A DNA stretch of 64,000 nucleotides from Planctomycetota bacterium (GTDB taxonomy: Bacteria; Planctomycetota; PLA2; JAEUHO01), in NCBI GenBank assembly GCA_965222115.1, contig CBDCTJ010000007.1, positions 896,001-960,000 of the forward strand, given 5' to 3'. The notes below the pieces were generated by a model that had not been told where the DNA came from, did no database searches, and saw only the letters and a list, made by a program, of their open reading frames with translations. Both the position numbers and the translations under genes were made by a program. Positions 1-10,036 of this stretch are shown here, in pieces (within the stretch, counting starts at the first letter, position 1; each line of letters opens with the position of its first letter).

Positions 1-204
1 ATCGCCATCGGCCGACGGCACAACGGCGGGAATACGACCGTCTGTTTCCGCGGTCAAGTCGTACATGGTGAGTGTGAGATTGGAAGGTGGCTCAATGACG
101 GGCGTACCCCCGTCACCGCCTCCGCCGCCGCCCCCGCCACCGCATGCCGAAAGCGGTAGTGCGATAAGAAGGACTGACGTCGCTAGGAACAAAAACCGCG
201 TCAT
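1..204 (-). CDS. Lipoprotein, N-terminal part (runs off window start)
   Basis: Not in ORF track. Manual translation MTRFLFLATSVLLIALPLSA-CGGGGGGGGDGGTP...; lipobox LSAC, GGAGG upstream of ATG at 204. Confidence 0.8.
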   Translation of the reverse strand, partial: MTRFLFLATSVLLIALPLSACGGGGGGGGGDGGTPVIEPPSNLTLTMYDLTAETDGRIPAVVPSADGD

Positions 205-421
205 GACGACCTCCGATGTGCGCGTGTCCCTTTCCCGGCGTCTCATTCCGCTGCCTGCGGCGTCAATGCTAGCACCTCTTGTTTTTTCTGCAGGCGCACC
301 CAAGTTGTGCCGAACTTGTGAAGCGCTTGGTCGTCAAGGTGTGTCGCCTCAGCGTCACAGGATTCACCGGTCTGCGCCGATCCGCGGTAGGACCCCAAAG
401 AGTACGTCATTAGGAGGCCCG

Positions 422-1876
422 ATGAGTCGGTCGGTTGAGTCAGACACCATGGCCGCACTGCGGACGCCCGTTTCGACACTCGCGGAGCGCAGGGCCCGAG
501 TATCAGGCGCCTGGGACCCAATTGTCAGCGCTGCCGACGGCCCGGCCCCCTACTTCTTGCTCGCCTGTGGGCTTCGCATGAACATCGAAGGTACCGATCA
601 GGAGTATCGGTATCGCGGGCATAACGACTTTCGATATCTGACCGGCGACATAGGCCATGCACGCGTTCTCGTCTTTGATCCCATCGACGGAGCCGCCGGT
701 TGGCTGGTCTTTGCGCCGGAAGCAACGACGCACGACTTGGTTTGGATTGGCACCGCGCCGTCCCTAGACGAATTGGCCGAAACGTCGGGCGTTCGCACTC
801 GTCCGCTGAGTGATTTGGCGGCATGGATCGCCGAACGCGTTGATCGACCGGTTGCTTTGCTGGGATCCTGGGACCTTTTGGAACGGCCCCAAACCTACAA
901 ATTGCACCCGGATGATGTCGGGCAGTTTCGCCTCGATGCCGAACTGCACCAACAGGCCACACACGCCCTCCATCGACTGCGCCGCGCAAAGGACGAACAT
1001 GAGATTGCCATCATGCGTGCCGCCAACGCGGCGTCGCGCGCGGGCCACGACTGCGCGATGCGGGTTGCGCATGAGGGGATGACCGAGCGCGCCCTACAGA
1101 TCGAACATGAAGCGGCCATGTTTCGCGCCGGTGCAGAAGCTACGGCCTATGGATCGATTGTGCTGACGGGAACGCGGGCAGCCGTCTTGCACGGCCAACC
1201 ATCGCACGCGCCCCTCAAAGCAAACGACTTCGTTCTAATAGATGCCGGTGCCGAGATACTCGGCTACGACAGCGACGTGACGCGTACGTTTCCGGTGACG
1301 CCACGCTTCCGTGCCGAACAACGCGTTTTGTATGAAGTCGTCTTGCATGCACAGTCCGCCGCCATTGATGATGTCATGCCTGGCGAACCCTTCGAAACGT
1401 TGCATCTCAACTGTGCGCGTCGTTTGGCGGAAGGTCTCGTGGGTTGTGGACTCTTGGTGGGCGCACCGGACGATCTCGTCGAGCGGCAGGCCATTGGCGT
1501 GTTCTTTCCGCACGGGTTGGGTCATTTGTTGGGGCTTGCCACACACGATGTCGGCGGACGGTTAGACGGCCCACGCACGGTTGATCATCCCGGGCTCGCT
1601 ACGCTCCGCAGTCGAGTCGATTTGGCCCCAGGCATGGTGATGACCATCGAACCGGGCATTTACTTTATCGATGCGCTGCTCGACGATCCCGCGATTCGCA
1701 AGCGCTTCGCCGACGACATTCATTGGGATCGTGTCGATGCATGGCGCCATCTTGGTGGCGTTCGTATTGAAGACAACGTGTTGGTCACCGCCACGGGGGG
1801 CATCAACCTCACGCGCGACATCGTGAAGTCGATCGACGGCATTGAGGCGCTGCGAGCGCAATCTGAACGCTCCTAA
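422..1876 (+). CDS. pepP: Xaa-Pro aminopeptidase (M24B)
   Basis: FRYLTG, DAG..YDSDVTRT, HGLGH..G..THD, TIEPG, GGVRIED motifs; start moved to ATG 422 after AGGAGG. Confidence 0.92.
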   Translation: MSRSVESDTMAALRTPVSTLAERRARVSGAWDPIVSAADGPAPYFLLACGLRMNIEGTDQEYRYRGHNDFRYLTGDIGHARVLVFDPIDGAAGWLVFAPEATTHDLVWIGTAPSLDELAETSGVRTRPLSDLAAWIAERVDRPVALLGSWDLLERPQTYKLHPDDVGQFRLDAELHQQATHALHRLRRAKDEHEIAIMRAANAASRAGHDCAMRVAHEGMTERALQIEHEAAMFRAGAEATAYGSIVLTGTRAAVLHGQPSHAPLKANDFVLIDAGAEILGYDSDVTRTFPVTPRFRAEQRVLYEVVLHAQSAAIDDVMPGEPFETLHLNCARRLAEGLVGCGLLVGAPDDLVERQAIGVFFPHGLGHLLGLATHDVGGRLDGPRTVDHPGLATLRSRVDLAPGMVMTIEPGIYFIDALLDDPAIRKRFADDIHWDRVDAWRHLGGVRIEDNVLVTATGGINLTRDIVKSIDGIEALRAQSERS

Positions 1877-2097
1877 CGGCGCGGCTGACGGCGCTTCATG
1901 AATAATTCCGAGCTAGACCGCGTACCATGGGGGCCGCTCTTCCTTAGTGATGCACGCCACGACCTGCGCTACGATACCCGCCATTCAGTTCGTTTCCCAC
2001 CGCTCGCCGTCGCGAGTTCGTCGAGCCCCTTGTTGGAGAGTCCATGCGAAACGAATCTTTGTCCGATCAAGGGTCAACACCCTGTGGCCTAAAACGA

Positions 2098-4980
2098 ATG
2101 GCAACGGCGGCGCTTCGCGTGGCGTTTGTCCTCATGGCCACGTTCATCGTGGGAGCTTCCATGTCAAACGCGAATGCAAACGAGTCTGCAGACTTGGCCC
2201 TGGATGCCCGTCTTCCCCTTCACGAAGGCATCACGCATCACGGCGTATTGCGCAACGGCATGCGCTATTTGATATACCCTCACAAGATGCCGGCCGATCG
2301 CGTGGAAATGGTTATGCGTATTGGCACGGGGAGCGTTAACGAGACCGAACGCGAGCGAGGATTGGCGCACTACCTCGAGCACATGGCGTTTAACGGGAGC
2401 GAGCACTACCCCGCCGGTTCGCTTGTGAAGACCTTTGAGTCGCATGGTATGAAGTTTGGTCGCGACCAGAATGCATTTACGTCATTTGATCAGACAACGT
2501 ATTTGCTTAGCTTGCCCAATACCGCGCCCAAGACGTTGGATATGTGTTTCACGTTCTTTGCCGACGTGGGGTCACGACTGACGATTCCCAAGAAGGAAGT
2601 TGAAAAGGAACGGGGCGTCATTCTGGAAGAAGAGCGCATGCGTGACACCGTGTCGCAGCGCATAATTCAACGCATCGCCAAGGCGCTTGCGCCGGGATCA
2701 CGGTTCTCAGAGCGGTTTCCGATTGGCTTGACGCAGGTCATTCGTGAGACCACGCCCGAACACTTGCGAGGCTACTACGAACGCTGTTATCGCCCCGATG
2801 TCACCACGCTCATCGTGGTGGGGGATGTGGACGGCGCCACGATTGAGGCGCGCATCAAGAAGGCCTTTTCCGGTTGGCTTCGCCCGCACGCCGCGAAATC
2901 TCAAATGGCGGCCGAGATTGAGTCCAGCGATACATTTCAGGTTCGTGTCATGACCGATCCGGATGTGACCCAGGCGCAAGTGGCGCACATCGACTTTGTC
3001 GAGGCGCCGCGCACGAGAACGGTGCGCGATGCACGAACGGCATTGATCCGGCGTTTGGGGTCGCAAGTGCTCTCACGACGCCTTCGGCGCTTGATCCAGC
3101 GCGGGGATGCTCTGTTTTCGGACGCCCATGCCTTGATGCAACCCGTCGTGGGACGCGCATCGATCCGCCAAGTGGTTGCCGAAGGTGAAGTCGCTGCCTG
3201 GGAGATGTTGACGGAGCAGATGCTAAGGGAACAACGCCGCATGGTGCTTCACGGTGTCTTGGGCGATGAACTTGAGAGCGCCGTCACGATGTTGATCGCT
3301 CAGGCTGAGGCCGTTGCCAAACAGGCTGCCGCCATGCCCGCCAAGGCACTTGCTATGCAGATCAATCAATCGGTTACGGCCGGTTCGCCGCCCATGTCCC
3401 CCAAGCAAACGCTTGAACTCGTCAAGCGGATTGCTCCCACGATCACAACCGACGAAGTTAGCAACGCATTTCGCGTGCAGTTCGGTCTCGACCGAGGCCT
3501 TTTGTTGGCTGTGATGCCTGAGAAGGCAAGCGCTACCGTACCAACGCGAGACGCCCTCCGTGCCGTGTATGAACGTGTTATGGCCGAAGATCTTGCGCCG
3601 ACCGAGGCGACCGCGCGTGTGACGTCCATCTTGGACGCGGCGCCCACACCCGGAACAATCACAAGCACGGTGCCCTACAAGGAGCTCGGCGTTGAGACAT
3701 GGACGTTGTCCAATGGCATTCCCGTGTACGTAAAGCCGCTGGCATCGGAAACCAACACCGCCATCACATTTAAACTTTACGGCGGATTGCTGCATGAAGA
3801 CAAGGCCACGCGCGGGCTCACCGCGCTTGCCGATCCTGCCCTCGCGCTCGGGACCGCAGCGCTCGCGAATCGATCGTCCGAGGCGCTTTCGCGCTATTTT
3901 GAAGACAAGCGAGTGCACGTGTCGACGGATCGGCAAGCCGATGGCATCACATTGTCTGTTACGGGTGCGCCTGAAGATATTGAACCGGGCTTGGCGCTCG
4001 TCTATGGATTGCTCACGCAGCCTGTGCTGGAAAAATCCGCGTTTGATAATGCACGTTCCGACTACTTGCGCACCATCCGGGATACGCGTGTGGAAGCGCA
4101 GCAGGCGTTGGGTGCCAAGATGCGCGAGGTCTTGGGGAATGGCGCAGCGCGAGTGCGCGTTCCCACGGAAGATCACCTAAACGCCCTCACGCTTGATGAC
4201 GCTCGCGCCTGGCTCAAACGCTTGGTTTCCACGTCGGCCATGGATGTGGCCATCGCTGGCACGTTTACACCCGAACAAGCAAAGGGATGGGCGACCACGT
4301 TTATGGCATCGCTCCCCGAGCGTAAGGAATCGCTCGCGACGGTGCGCAAGGCACGCGTGGCCACGTTTGGCGGAATGGGTGTCGATGCGCGCGTCGAACT
4401 CGATACGGCGTCACCGGCGGCGTGGGTCATGCAAGGATGGCGCGGGCTTCGAGGCCGTGACGTAGAAGAAGCCTGTGCAGCGACCGTGGCCGCCAACATC
4501 TTCAGTACGCGCTTGCTCCAAGATATTCGCGAAGCGCGCGGCATCGTGTACACGATATCGGCACGTTACTCTGTGGGCCGCTTGGACGGGATTGCCCACT
4601 GCGCGTCGTTCTTTAGTGCACCCCACGACAAACTCGCACTTGCGAGCGAGACGGCGCAACAACTCGGTATTGCGTATGGCGGGGACCACGGACCCACCGA
4701 CGAAGAGCTTGCCACCGTTCAAAAGACGATTCTAAGTAGCCTGGAGCCGCGCCTCGAACGAGCCAACTATTGGGCGGGCGTGTTGGCCGGCTCGTCGGTG
4801 GAGCCCGATGGACTCACTCGTGTTCACAAGCGAATCGAGTGCATGCGCGCCATTGATGCGGCGAAGGTTCGCGCGGCAGCAAAGACGATGTTTCAACCCG
4901 AAAACTGGTTCCAAGTTATGGCGGGCCCCAAGGGTGCGCTGCCGTCCAAGAATCCGGTCGGCGCCGGGGCCACGAAGTAG
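2098..4980 (+). CDS. Secreted M16 zinc protease (PqqL-like)
   Basis: GLAHYLEHMAFNGS (HxxEH), NAFTSFDQT, duplicated M16 architecture, N-terminal signal peptide; start uncertain. Confidence 0.92.
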   Translation: MATAALRVAFVLMATFIVGASMSNANANESADLALDARLPLHEGITHHGVLRNGMRYLIYPHKMPADRVEMVMRIGTGSVNETERERGLAHYLEHMAFNGSEHYPAGSLVKTFESHGMKFGRDQNAFTSFDQTTYLLSLPNTAPKTLDMCFTFFADVGSRLTIPKKEVEKERGVILEEERMRDTVSQRIIQRIAKALAPGSRFSERFPIGLTQVIRETTPEHLRGYYERCYRPDVTTLIVVGDVDGATIEARIKKAFSGWLRPHAAKSQMAAEIESSDTFQVRVMTDPDVTQAQVAHIDFVEAPRTRTVRDARTALIRRLGSQVLSRRLRRLIQRGDALFSDAHALMQPVVGRASIRQVVAEGEVAAWEMLTEQMLREQRRMVLHGVLGDELESAVTMLIAQAEAVAKQAAAMPAKALAMQINQSVTAGSPPMSPKQTLELVKRIAPTITTDEVSNAFRVQFGLDRGLLLAVMPEKASATVPTRDALRAVYERVMAEDLAPTEATARVTSILDAAPTPGTITSTVPYKELGVETWTLSNGIPVYVKPLASETNTAITFKLYGGLLHEDKATRGLTALADPALALGTAALANRSSEALSRYFEDKRVHVSTDRQADGITLSVTGAPEDIEPGLALVYGLLTQPVLEKSAFDNARSDYLRTIRDTRVEAQQALGAKMREVLGNGAARVRVPTEDHLNALTLDDARAWLKRLVSTSAMDVAIAGTFTPEQAKGWATTFMASLPERKESLATVRKARVATFGGMGVDARVELDTASPAAWVMQGWRGLRGRDVEEACAATVAANIFSTRLLQDIREARGIVYTISARYSVGRLDGIAHCASFFSAPHDKLALASETAQQLGIAYGGDHGPTDEELATVQKTILSSLEPRLERANYWAGVLAGSSVEPDGLTRVHKRIECMRAIDAAKVRAAAKTMFQPENWFQVMAGPKGALPSKNPVGAGATK

Positions 4981-5198
4981 TACGGTCAATCCTCGCTGGT
5001 TCGCGGTAGCGCCGTGGCGGGGTCCACGTCATCGATGCGCGACATGAGCACGACCGTTGCCGCCACGATGAGGACACCCACCACCACAAGCATGGTTCGA
5101 ACCAGAGTGCGATACGTCGGTCGGTGCATGTGGATAGGTTATTCACTCCGTGGCACTTGCCCCTGCTTGGCATGAGGGATTGCCGATAGGATCGCCTC

Positions 5199-7016
5199 AT
5201 GGATGCATACGGGTGGACGGCGGTTGGCGTTTTGGTGGTCGCCACCGTTCTGTTCATCACGCGCTGGATTCCGCTCGCGATGACGGCGCTTGCCATTCCC
5301 GTCGTGTTGCACTTCGCCGGTGTATTACCCGATGTCCGCGACGCATTTGTTGGCTTTGGCAATCAGGCCGTCCTCGCCATCGCGGCGGTGATGGTGCTTG
5401 GCGCGTCGCTTCGCGAGAGTGGCGTGGCGACCTACATTGCCCGCGGCATTCAACGCGTTGCCGGCACGGGCGAATCGGGACTCATCTGTTTGATGATGCT
5501 CACGACCGGTGTACTCAGTGCGTTCATGAATAACGCCGCGGTAGTGGCCATGCTTTTGCCGGTCACGGCGGTGCTGGCACGACGGTCCGGCGTTTCGCCC
5601 TCTCGCCTCTTTCTTCCCATGGCCGTCGCTGCCGTCTTGGGGGGCACCATCACGCTGATCGGCTCGGCACCCAACCTGTTGATGGCCGACTACTACAACT
5701 TGACGCTTGACGCGCCGAGCGGCGAACTCGGCATGTTTGATATGGCCATGATCGGCGTGCCACTTCTGCTCGTGGGCACGCTGTTGATGGCTGTTGTCGT
5801 CCGCCGATTACTTCCGCGACGTGTGTCCATTGACGACACGGTGCGTGGACGGAGTCCCGAGGAAGCGGCCTCCGCCTACTTGCTTGCCGAAAAGCTCTAT
5901 GAGATGCGCGTCGTAAAGGGGTCGAGCGTGGTTGGCAAGAGCATTGAGGATGCCGGTATTCGCGCCAAGCACGGGCTGGGCATTTTGGCTGTATGCCGTC
6001 CTACGGGACTCGGGCGCAATTGGTTGCAACCGCATCCTTCGTTGGTCATGGAGCCGGAAGATCGCCTCTTTATCGAGGGTCCCGACGAAGCCGCGTGGGA
6101 GTTTGCCGAAACGGAGGTCTTGCAACTCGGGTTAGCCAGTGAAGACACGATTCGTCGCGTCATCAAACACGGTACGGTGCTTGGTGAAGTGGCGCTTTCT
6201 CCCCACGCTCCCGTGCTTGGTCTATCGCTTCGTGAAGTCGGCTTTCGTCGACGCCATCACCTCAATGTGGTTGGGCTCTGGCGCTACAACCAACCGGTAC
6301 GTGAGCGATTTGAGGAAACGCCGCTTCAGATCGGTGATGCGCTCTTGGTATCGGGCACGCTTGACGACTTGGCCACGCTTTCCACCAACTCCGATTACAT
6401 CGTCTTGACCGACCATCGCCACGACGAGGACGTCACGCATGCGCCCATGGCCATGGGCATTTTGGCGTTGGCCCTGTTGCCACCGGTGCTATTTGGCGTT
6501 TCGTTCAGCATGGCAGCGTTGGGGGCCGCCATTTTGATGGTGGCCACGGGCTGCATTGCACGACATCGCGTGCTGCGAAGCATTGACTGGAGCGTGCTCG
6601 CGCTCATTGTCGGTACGTTGCCCTTGGGTGTCGCGCTCGAACGCCAGGGCATTTCGGAATCCGTCGCGGCGTGGTTTCACTATTTGCCCGACGTGGGAGG
6701 CGGCATCCTCGTTTATGCCGCACTGTTTTTGATGGCTGCCGTGCTGGCGATACTCACAACCAACGCGGCCGCGGCGGTCATCGTCGCACCGGTGGCGGCC
6801 GCCGCAGCAGGCGTCATGAGCCTCGATCCCAAACGGGCGCTGCTAGCGATGACCTTCGGGTGTAGTTGCAACTTCCTGTTGCCCTTCATGCAGTGCAATC
6901 TGCTTGTTCTTACCCCGGGTGGGTATCGCACCAAGGACTACTTGAAAGTCGGTGGCGTGATGTCACTCGTCATGGCGGTGACCGTCATATTGTTACTCGC
7001 CTTCGGCGTTGTCTAG
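5199..7016 (+). CDS. SLC13/CitMHS-family permease with two TrkA-C (RCK_C) domains
   Basis: Many TM helices, SAFMNN and GGTITLIGSAPNL motifs, central TrkA-C repeats, PGGYR..DY.KVG. Confidence 0.9.
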   Translation: MDAYGWTAVGVLVVATVLFITRWIPLAMTALAIPVVLHFAGVLPDVRDAFVGFGNQAVLAIAAVMVLGASLRESGVATYIARGIQRVAGTGESGLICLMMLTTGVLSAFMNNAAVVAMLLPVTAVLARRSGVSPSRLFLPMAVAAVLGGTITLIGSAPNLLMADYYNLTLDAPSGELGMFDMAMIGVPLLLVGTLLMAVVVRRLLPRRVSIDDTVRGRSPEEAASAYLLAEKLYEMRVVKGSSVVGKSIEDAGIRAKHGLGILAVCRPTGLGRNWLQPHPSLVMEPEDRLFIEGPDEAAWEFAETEVLQLGLASEDTIRRVIKHGTVLGEVALSPHAPVLGLSLREVGFRRRHHLNVVGLWRYNQPVRERFEETPLQIGDALLVSGTLDDLATLSTNSDYIVLTDHRHDEDVTHAPMAMGILALALLPPVLFGVSFSMAALGAAILMVATGCIARHRVLRSIDWSVLALIVGTLPLGVALERQGISESVAAWFHYLPDVGGGILVYAALFLMAAVLAILTTNAAAAVIVAPVAAAAAGVMSLDPKRALLAMTFGCSCNFLLPFMQCNLLVLTPGGYRTKDYLKVGGVMSLVMAVTVILLLAFGVV

Positions 7017-7288
7017 CGACTCACGCGGCTGTTTCGCGGGGGGAGTGACGAGCGAAAACGAGGCAACGAGCGTGTCAGGCGGCGGTTTACGAATCGTTCC
7101 ATGCGACGTTGTTCTTCACGCTTGCGGAGTTCGTGGCGTAGGGCTCGTTTGACACCGGACTTGACCGCGCGCTTGGTCATCGACTTCGTGATCGAGCGCA
7201 CGACCGGCTTGCATCCGCAAAAGCCCGTGCCCATGCCCAGCAGGGCAACGAGGGTGATCGCCGACATCAGTGTGTTTCGTGTCGTCAT
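7013..7288 (-). CDS. Small basic putative lipoprotein
   Basis: GGAG RBS, hydrophobic leader ending FCGC, Arg/Lys-rich mature part. Confidence 0.55.
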   Translation of the reverse strand: MTTRNTLMSAITLVALLGMGTGFCGCKPVVRSITKSMTKRAVKSGVKRALRHELRKREEQRRMERFVNRRLTRSLPRFRSSLPPRNSRVSR

Positions 7289-7370
7289 GATGAACTCCAT
7301 GCCCCCGGGACGTTCCCGGTTCAGGAGTCATGTACGGATTGCAAGTTGGATGTCGCAGCGGATTCCGAAA

Positions 7371-8285
7371 TTAGTGTTTCCCGACAAGGTCTCGCAGCGC
7401 AACCAGCCCATTTTTGCACCAATCCGTGGCCGGGGAGACGCCAAGTGAGCGGGGCCGGAGGCCCATGCGGCGCAGGCGGGCGTTGAATCGGTGGGCGCGA
7501 CGCGCGCGCCTGGAGCGCGAGGAATGATAGTGGAATTGCGCGAGAACGGCGGGTGCCTCGTTGTCTTCGGCGATGGCGATCCAATGCGGTGCCAAGCGGG
7601 GGAGTGAAATGCCTTGCCCCATGTCGAGGCGCCATTCCCAGTCTGGATGGAGGCCGCGACGAAGATCGACGGGCGTACGATCTGCACCAAGCGCGATCTG
7701 TTCGGCGACGCGTTCACTGAGCACATCTTGACGGCGCGGTTCCCAAACGGAGATCGCGCTCCTGCCAGCGACTTGCAACATGAGGCCATGGGTCCCACAC
7801 GCGTGTACGGGCACGACACTGCCGGGTGCGGCTACGAGAATGGACAGGCCTGTCGGCCGAATGCCACTGAGGATGGCTCTGCATTCATTGGCGAGTTCCG
7901 CCGTACATCGCTGTAAGAGCTGTTCTTTCGCATTCTCCTGATGCGAACGATGAAGCCAAACATGGCCGCGGCCCCGTTGTACTCGTTCGAGTGCCTCTGC
8001 GTGTTGCGCCGCCTCGACCGAAGACACCTGCATGACGGATGGGGAATCCAGGAGATTGGCCACAACGAGCAACGCCTCGGGGGAGAACGTGGACGCCCCG
8101 TCCAAGTGATGGCGGATCAGAAACGGTTGATCGGGGTAGAGCGTCCGCAAGGCTTCTTCCGACCGATGAAGGTCGAGTGAGCGTTGGGGTTCCTTGACGC
8201 TCGCCACCAATGGTTGACTCTCCCGGCTTGCGGGCATCGAGACTGCGGGGCTCGGCGTTGATACAGACACTGACGAAGAGGTCAT
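7371..8285 (-). CDS. Cupin/JmjC-like domain protein
   Basis: PF.I.H.L, APGSVVPVH..., LQVAG..., PHWI pattern of JmjC-like cupins. Confidence 0.7.
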   Translation of the reverse strand: MTSSSVSVSTPSPAVSMPASRESQPLVASVKEPQRSLDLHRSEEALRTLYPDQPFLIRHHLDGASTFSPEALLVVANLLDSPSVMQVSSVEAAQHAEALERVQRGRGHVWLHRSHQENAKEQLLQRCTAELANECRAILSGIRPTGLSILVAAPGSVVPVHACGTHGLMLQVAGRSAISVWEPRRQDVLSERVAEQIALGADRTPVDLRRGLHPDWEWRLDMGQGISLPRLAPHWIAIAEDNEAPAVLAQFHYHSSRSRRARRAHRFNARLRRMGLRPRSLGVSPATDWCKNGLVALRDLVGKH

Positions 8286-8425
8286 GGCGGAGACTCCACG
8301 TCTCCTTTCGACGACTTGGGGTCCAAAGTGGAGCCCTGGATCGCTCCCCGAGCCCTGATTGGTCGTCTTTGGGCACGATTGAAGGGGCCTCAGCGGTCAG
8401 TGCATCGTCCAAACGGGTCATTCGG

Positions 8426-8675
8426 CTAGCCCGGACTATTCATGAAGCGTGCGCCGATGAGTCTCTAAGCCCGCGTCCATCTGCCTTTGGCCGCCCAAAC
8501 GTGGTAACGTTCGGCATCTACAGTTTGTTCTCGCGAAGGATTCGGATTCAAGATCGAAGCGGTGGTTCTGAGGCGATGCCAAAAGCATCGTCGAACGGTT
8601 CTCCGCAAAGAGATTGGGTTCGAAGACCAGCGAGAACCGCGCGATTTTCGCTAGTTCATGAATAGTCCGGGCTAG
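8426..8675. mobile_element. MITE-like element, 250 bp, perfect 21-bp terminal inverted repeats
   Basis: CTAGCCCGGACTATTCATGAA (8426-8446) and its exact reverse complement (8655-8675); long internal imperfect hairpin; no transposase. Confidence 0.8.
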
Positions 8676-8716
8676 GGCTAGTGGCACTATTGTTGTGCCC
8701 GTTTGGAGGATTCACG

Positions 8717-9997
8717 ATGTCGAGTCGAGTTGCCGTAGTAGTGGGGATCGTCTGTGCCGCCCTGTTTGGGGTAGCCCCCAATGTGTGTGCAAAGGACGGG
8801 GCCAAGCCACCTGCGTACACCGTCGAGAGCATGTTTCCGAAGGAGGCGCCCGAAGGCTGGACCGTTAAAGAAGACGAAAGCAACACGGTCGCTGGGCTCA
8901 ATGAAAAAGCACTCATGGCGCTCGCAAAGGCAAGCGGTACGGATGTGGACGACGTATTTGTCGTCGAGCGCCTCTTCACCAAGGGGAGCGAGTCGGCAAA
9001 GGTCGCGTTGATTGATGTGGACGCCGACCCCGCCGCGCTTCGCACCGCGTTGGATACCGAAGCCGCGGCCAAGGGATGGTCGGTGCTTGCGCTTGGCAGC
9101 CCCATGCGTCTGATGGTTGTGGGCGGTCCCGAGGGCGCGCGCAACGCTGCGCACGACGTGATGAAAGAACATGTGATCCATTACTTGTGTGAGATTGCAT
9201 ACAAGCGTCTGCATGTGCCGCGTAAGACAGAAGCTGTGCGCGCAGCCGCGGAGAAGTTCTTGAGCGCGGCGCGATCGATGGCGCCGAAGGCGGGGATTGC
9301 CTATGCCATTGAAGGCATTTCAATGCATGACGAGGGCAAATCGATCGAAGGGCTCGCTCGGCGCGCTCGTGCACAACTCAAGATGCTTGAAAAAGCGGAC
9401 GAATCCCCCGGCAAGGCTGAGGTCGTCAAGACGCTCACTGAGCATGCCGAAAAGGCGGAAGCTTCTGCTAAGGATTTGCTGAACAATAGCATTCCGCTGC
9501 TTACCAAGGGGCTCAAGTCAACGAATTACCCGCCGAAGGGGCTCAACTCATTTCGCACCGGAGCCAAACTTGGATCTCTGATTTTGGTGCTCAAGAAGAA
9601 CGATTCAATCGATCTCGCCATCGAGGCCCTAACGAAGGCCGCCAACGCGGAGGCGCATAGTCCCGCTACGAGGTTTGTATTCGGCAATCGCTATGACCTC
9701 GCGTGTGCGTATGCGCGCGCTAAGAAGAACGACGAAGCGCTACAGTGGCTTCAAAGGGCCTTTGAGATTGCGGAGACTTCATTGTCCAAACAGGATCTCC
9801 ATGGGAATTACACCCACTGGGGCAAAGATCCCGACCTTGACGGCTTGCGCGACTTGCCGAAATTCAAAGAACTGATGACGAAGTACAAGCCCAAGGGCTA
9901 TAAGCCGCCAGAAGAGAAGAAGGACGAAGATAAGAAAAAGGACGAAGAAGAGGGGAAGGACGCTCCCGAACAATCGGTCGGGCCCTTCTGGCTCTAA
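8717..9997 (+). CDS. Secreted protein with C-terminal TPR end-of-group-like domain
   Basis: Signal peptide, GGAGG RBS, YDLACAYA...ALQWL...DPDLDGLR..PKF. Confidence 0.75.
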   Translation: MSSRVAVVVGIVCAALFGVAPNVCAKDGAKPPAYTVESMFPKEAPEGWTVKEDESNTVAGLNEKALMALAKASGTDVDDVFVVERLFTKGSESAKVALIDVDADPAALRTALDTEAAAKGWSVLALGSPMRLMVVGGPEGARNAAHDVMKEHVIHYLCEIAYKRLHVPRKTEAVRAAAEKFLSAARSMAPKAGIAYAIEGISMHDEGKSIEGLARRARAQLKMLEKADESPGKAEVVKTLTEHAEKAEASAKDLLNNSIPLLTKGLKSTNYPPKGLNSFRTGAKLGSLILVLKKNDSIDLAIEALTKAANAEAHSPATRFVFGNRYDLACAYARAKKNDEALQWLQRAFEIAETSLSKQDLHGNYTHWGKDPDLDGLRDLPKFKELMTKYKPKGYKPPEEKKDEDKKKDEEEGKDAPEQSVGPFWL

Positions 9998-10007
9998 CCC
10001 TCATTCC

Positions 10008-10036
10008 ACGCGCTCAAAGAGCGCCGCCAAGCCAAG
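10008..10036 (+). repeat. att-like direct repeat, left copy (displaced thiolase 3' end)
   Basis: ACGCGCTCAAAGAGCGCCGCCAAGCCAAG; minus strand 10036-10001 reads LGLAALFERVE*. Confidence 0.85.

Noticed and set aside
65-421. Poly-Pro N-terminal extension of PepP in the ORF track
   Set aside because: It is the antisense of the poly-Gly lipoprotein gene (204 to 1); a good RBS and ATG exist at 422.
5151-5184. Two sigma54-like TGGCA...TGC motifs upstream of the SLC13 permease
   Set aside because: GG-to-GC spacing is 11 nt in both, not the required 10.
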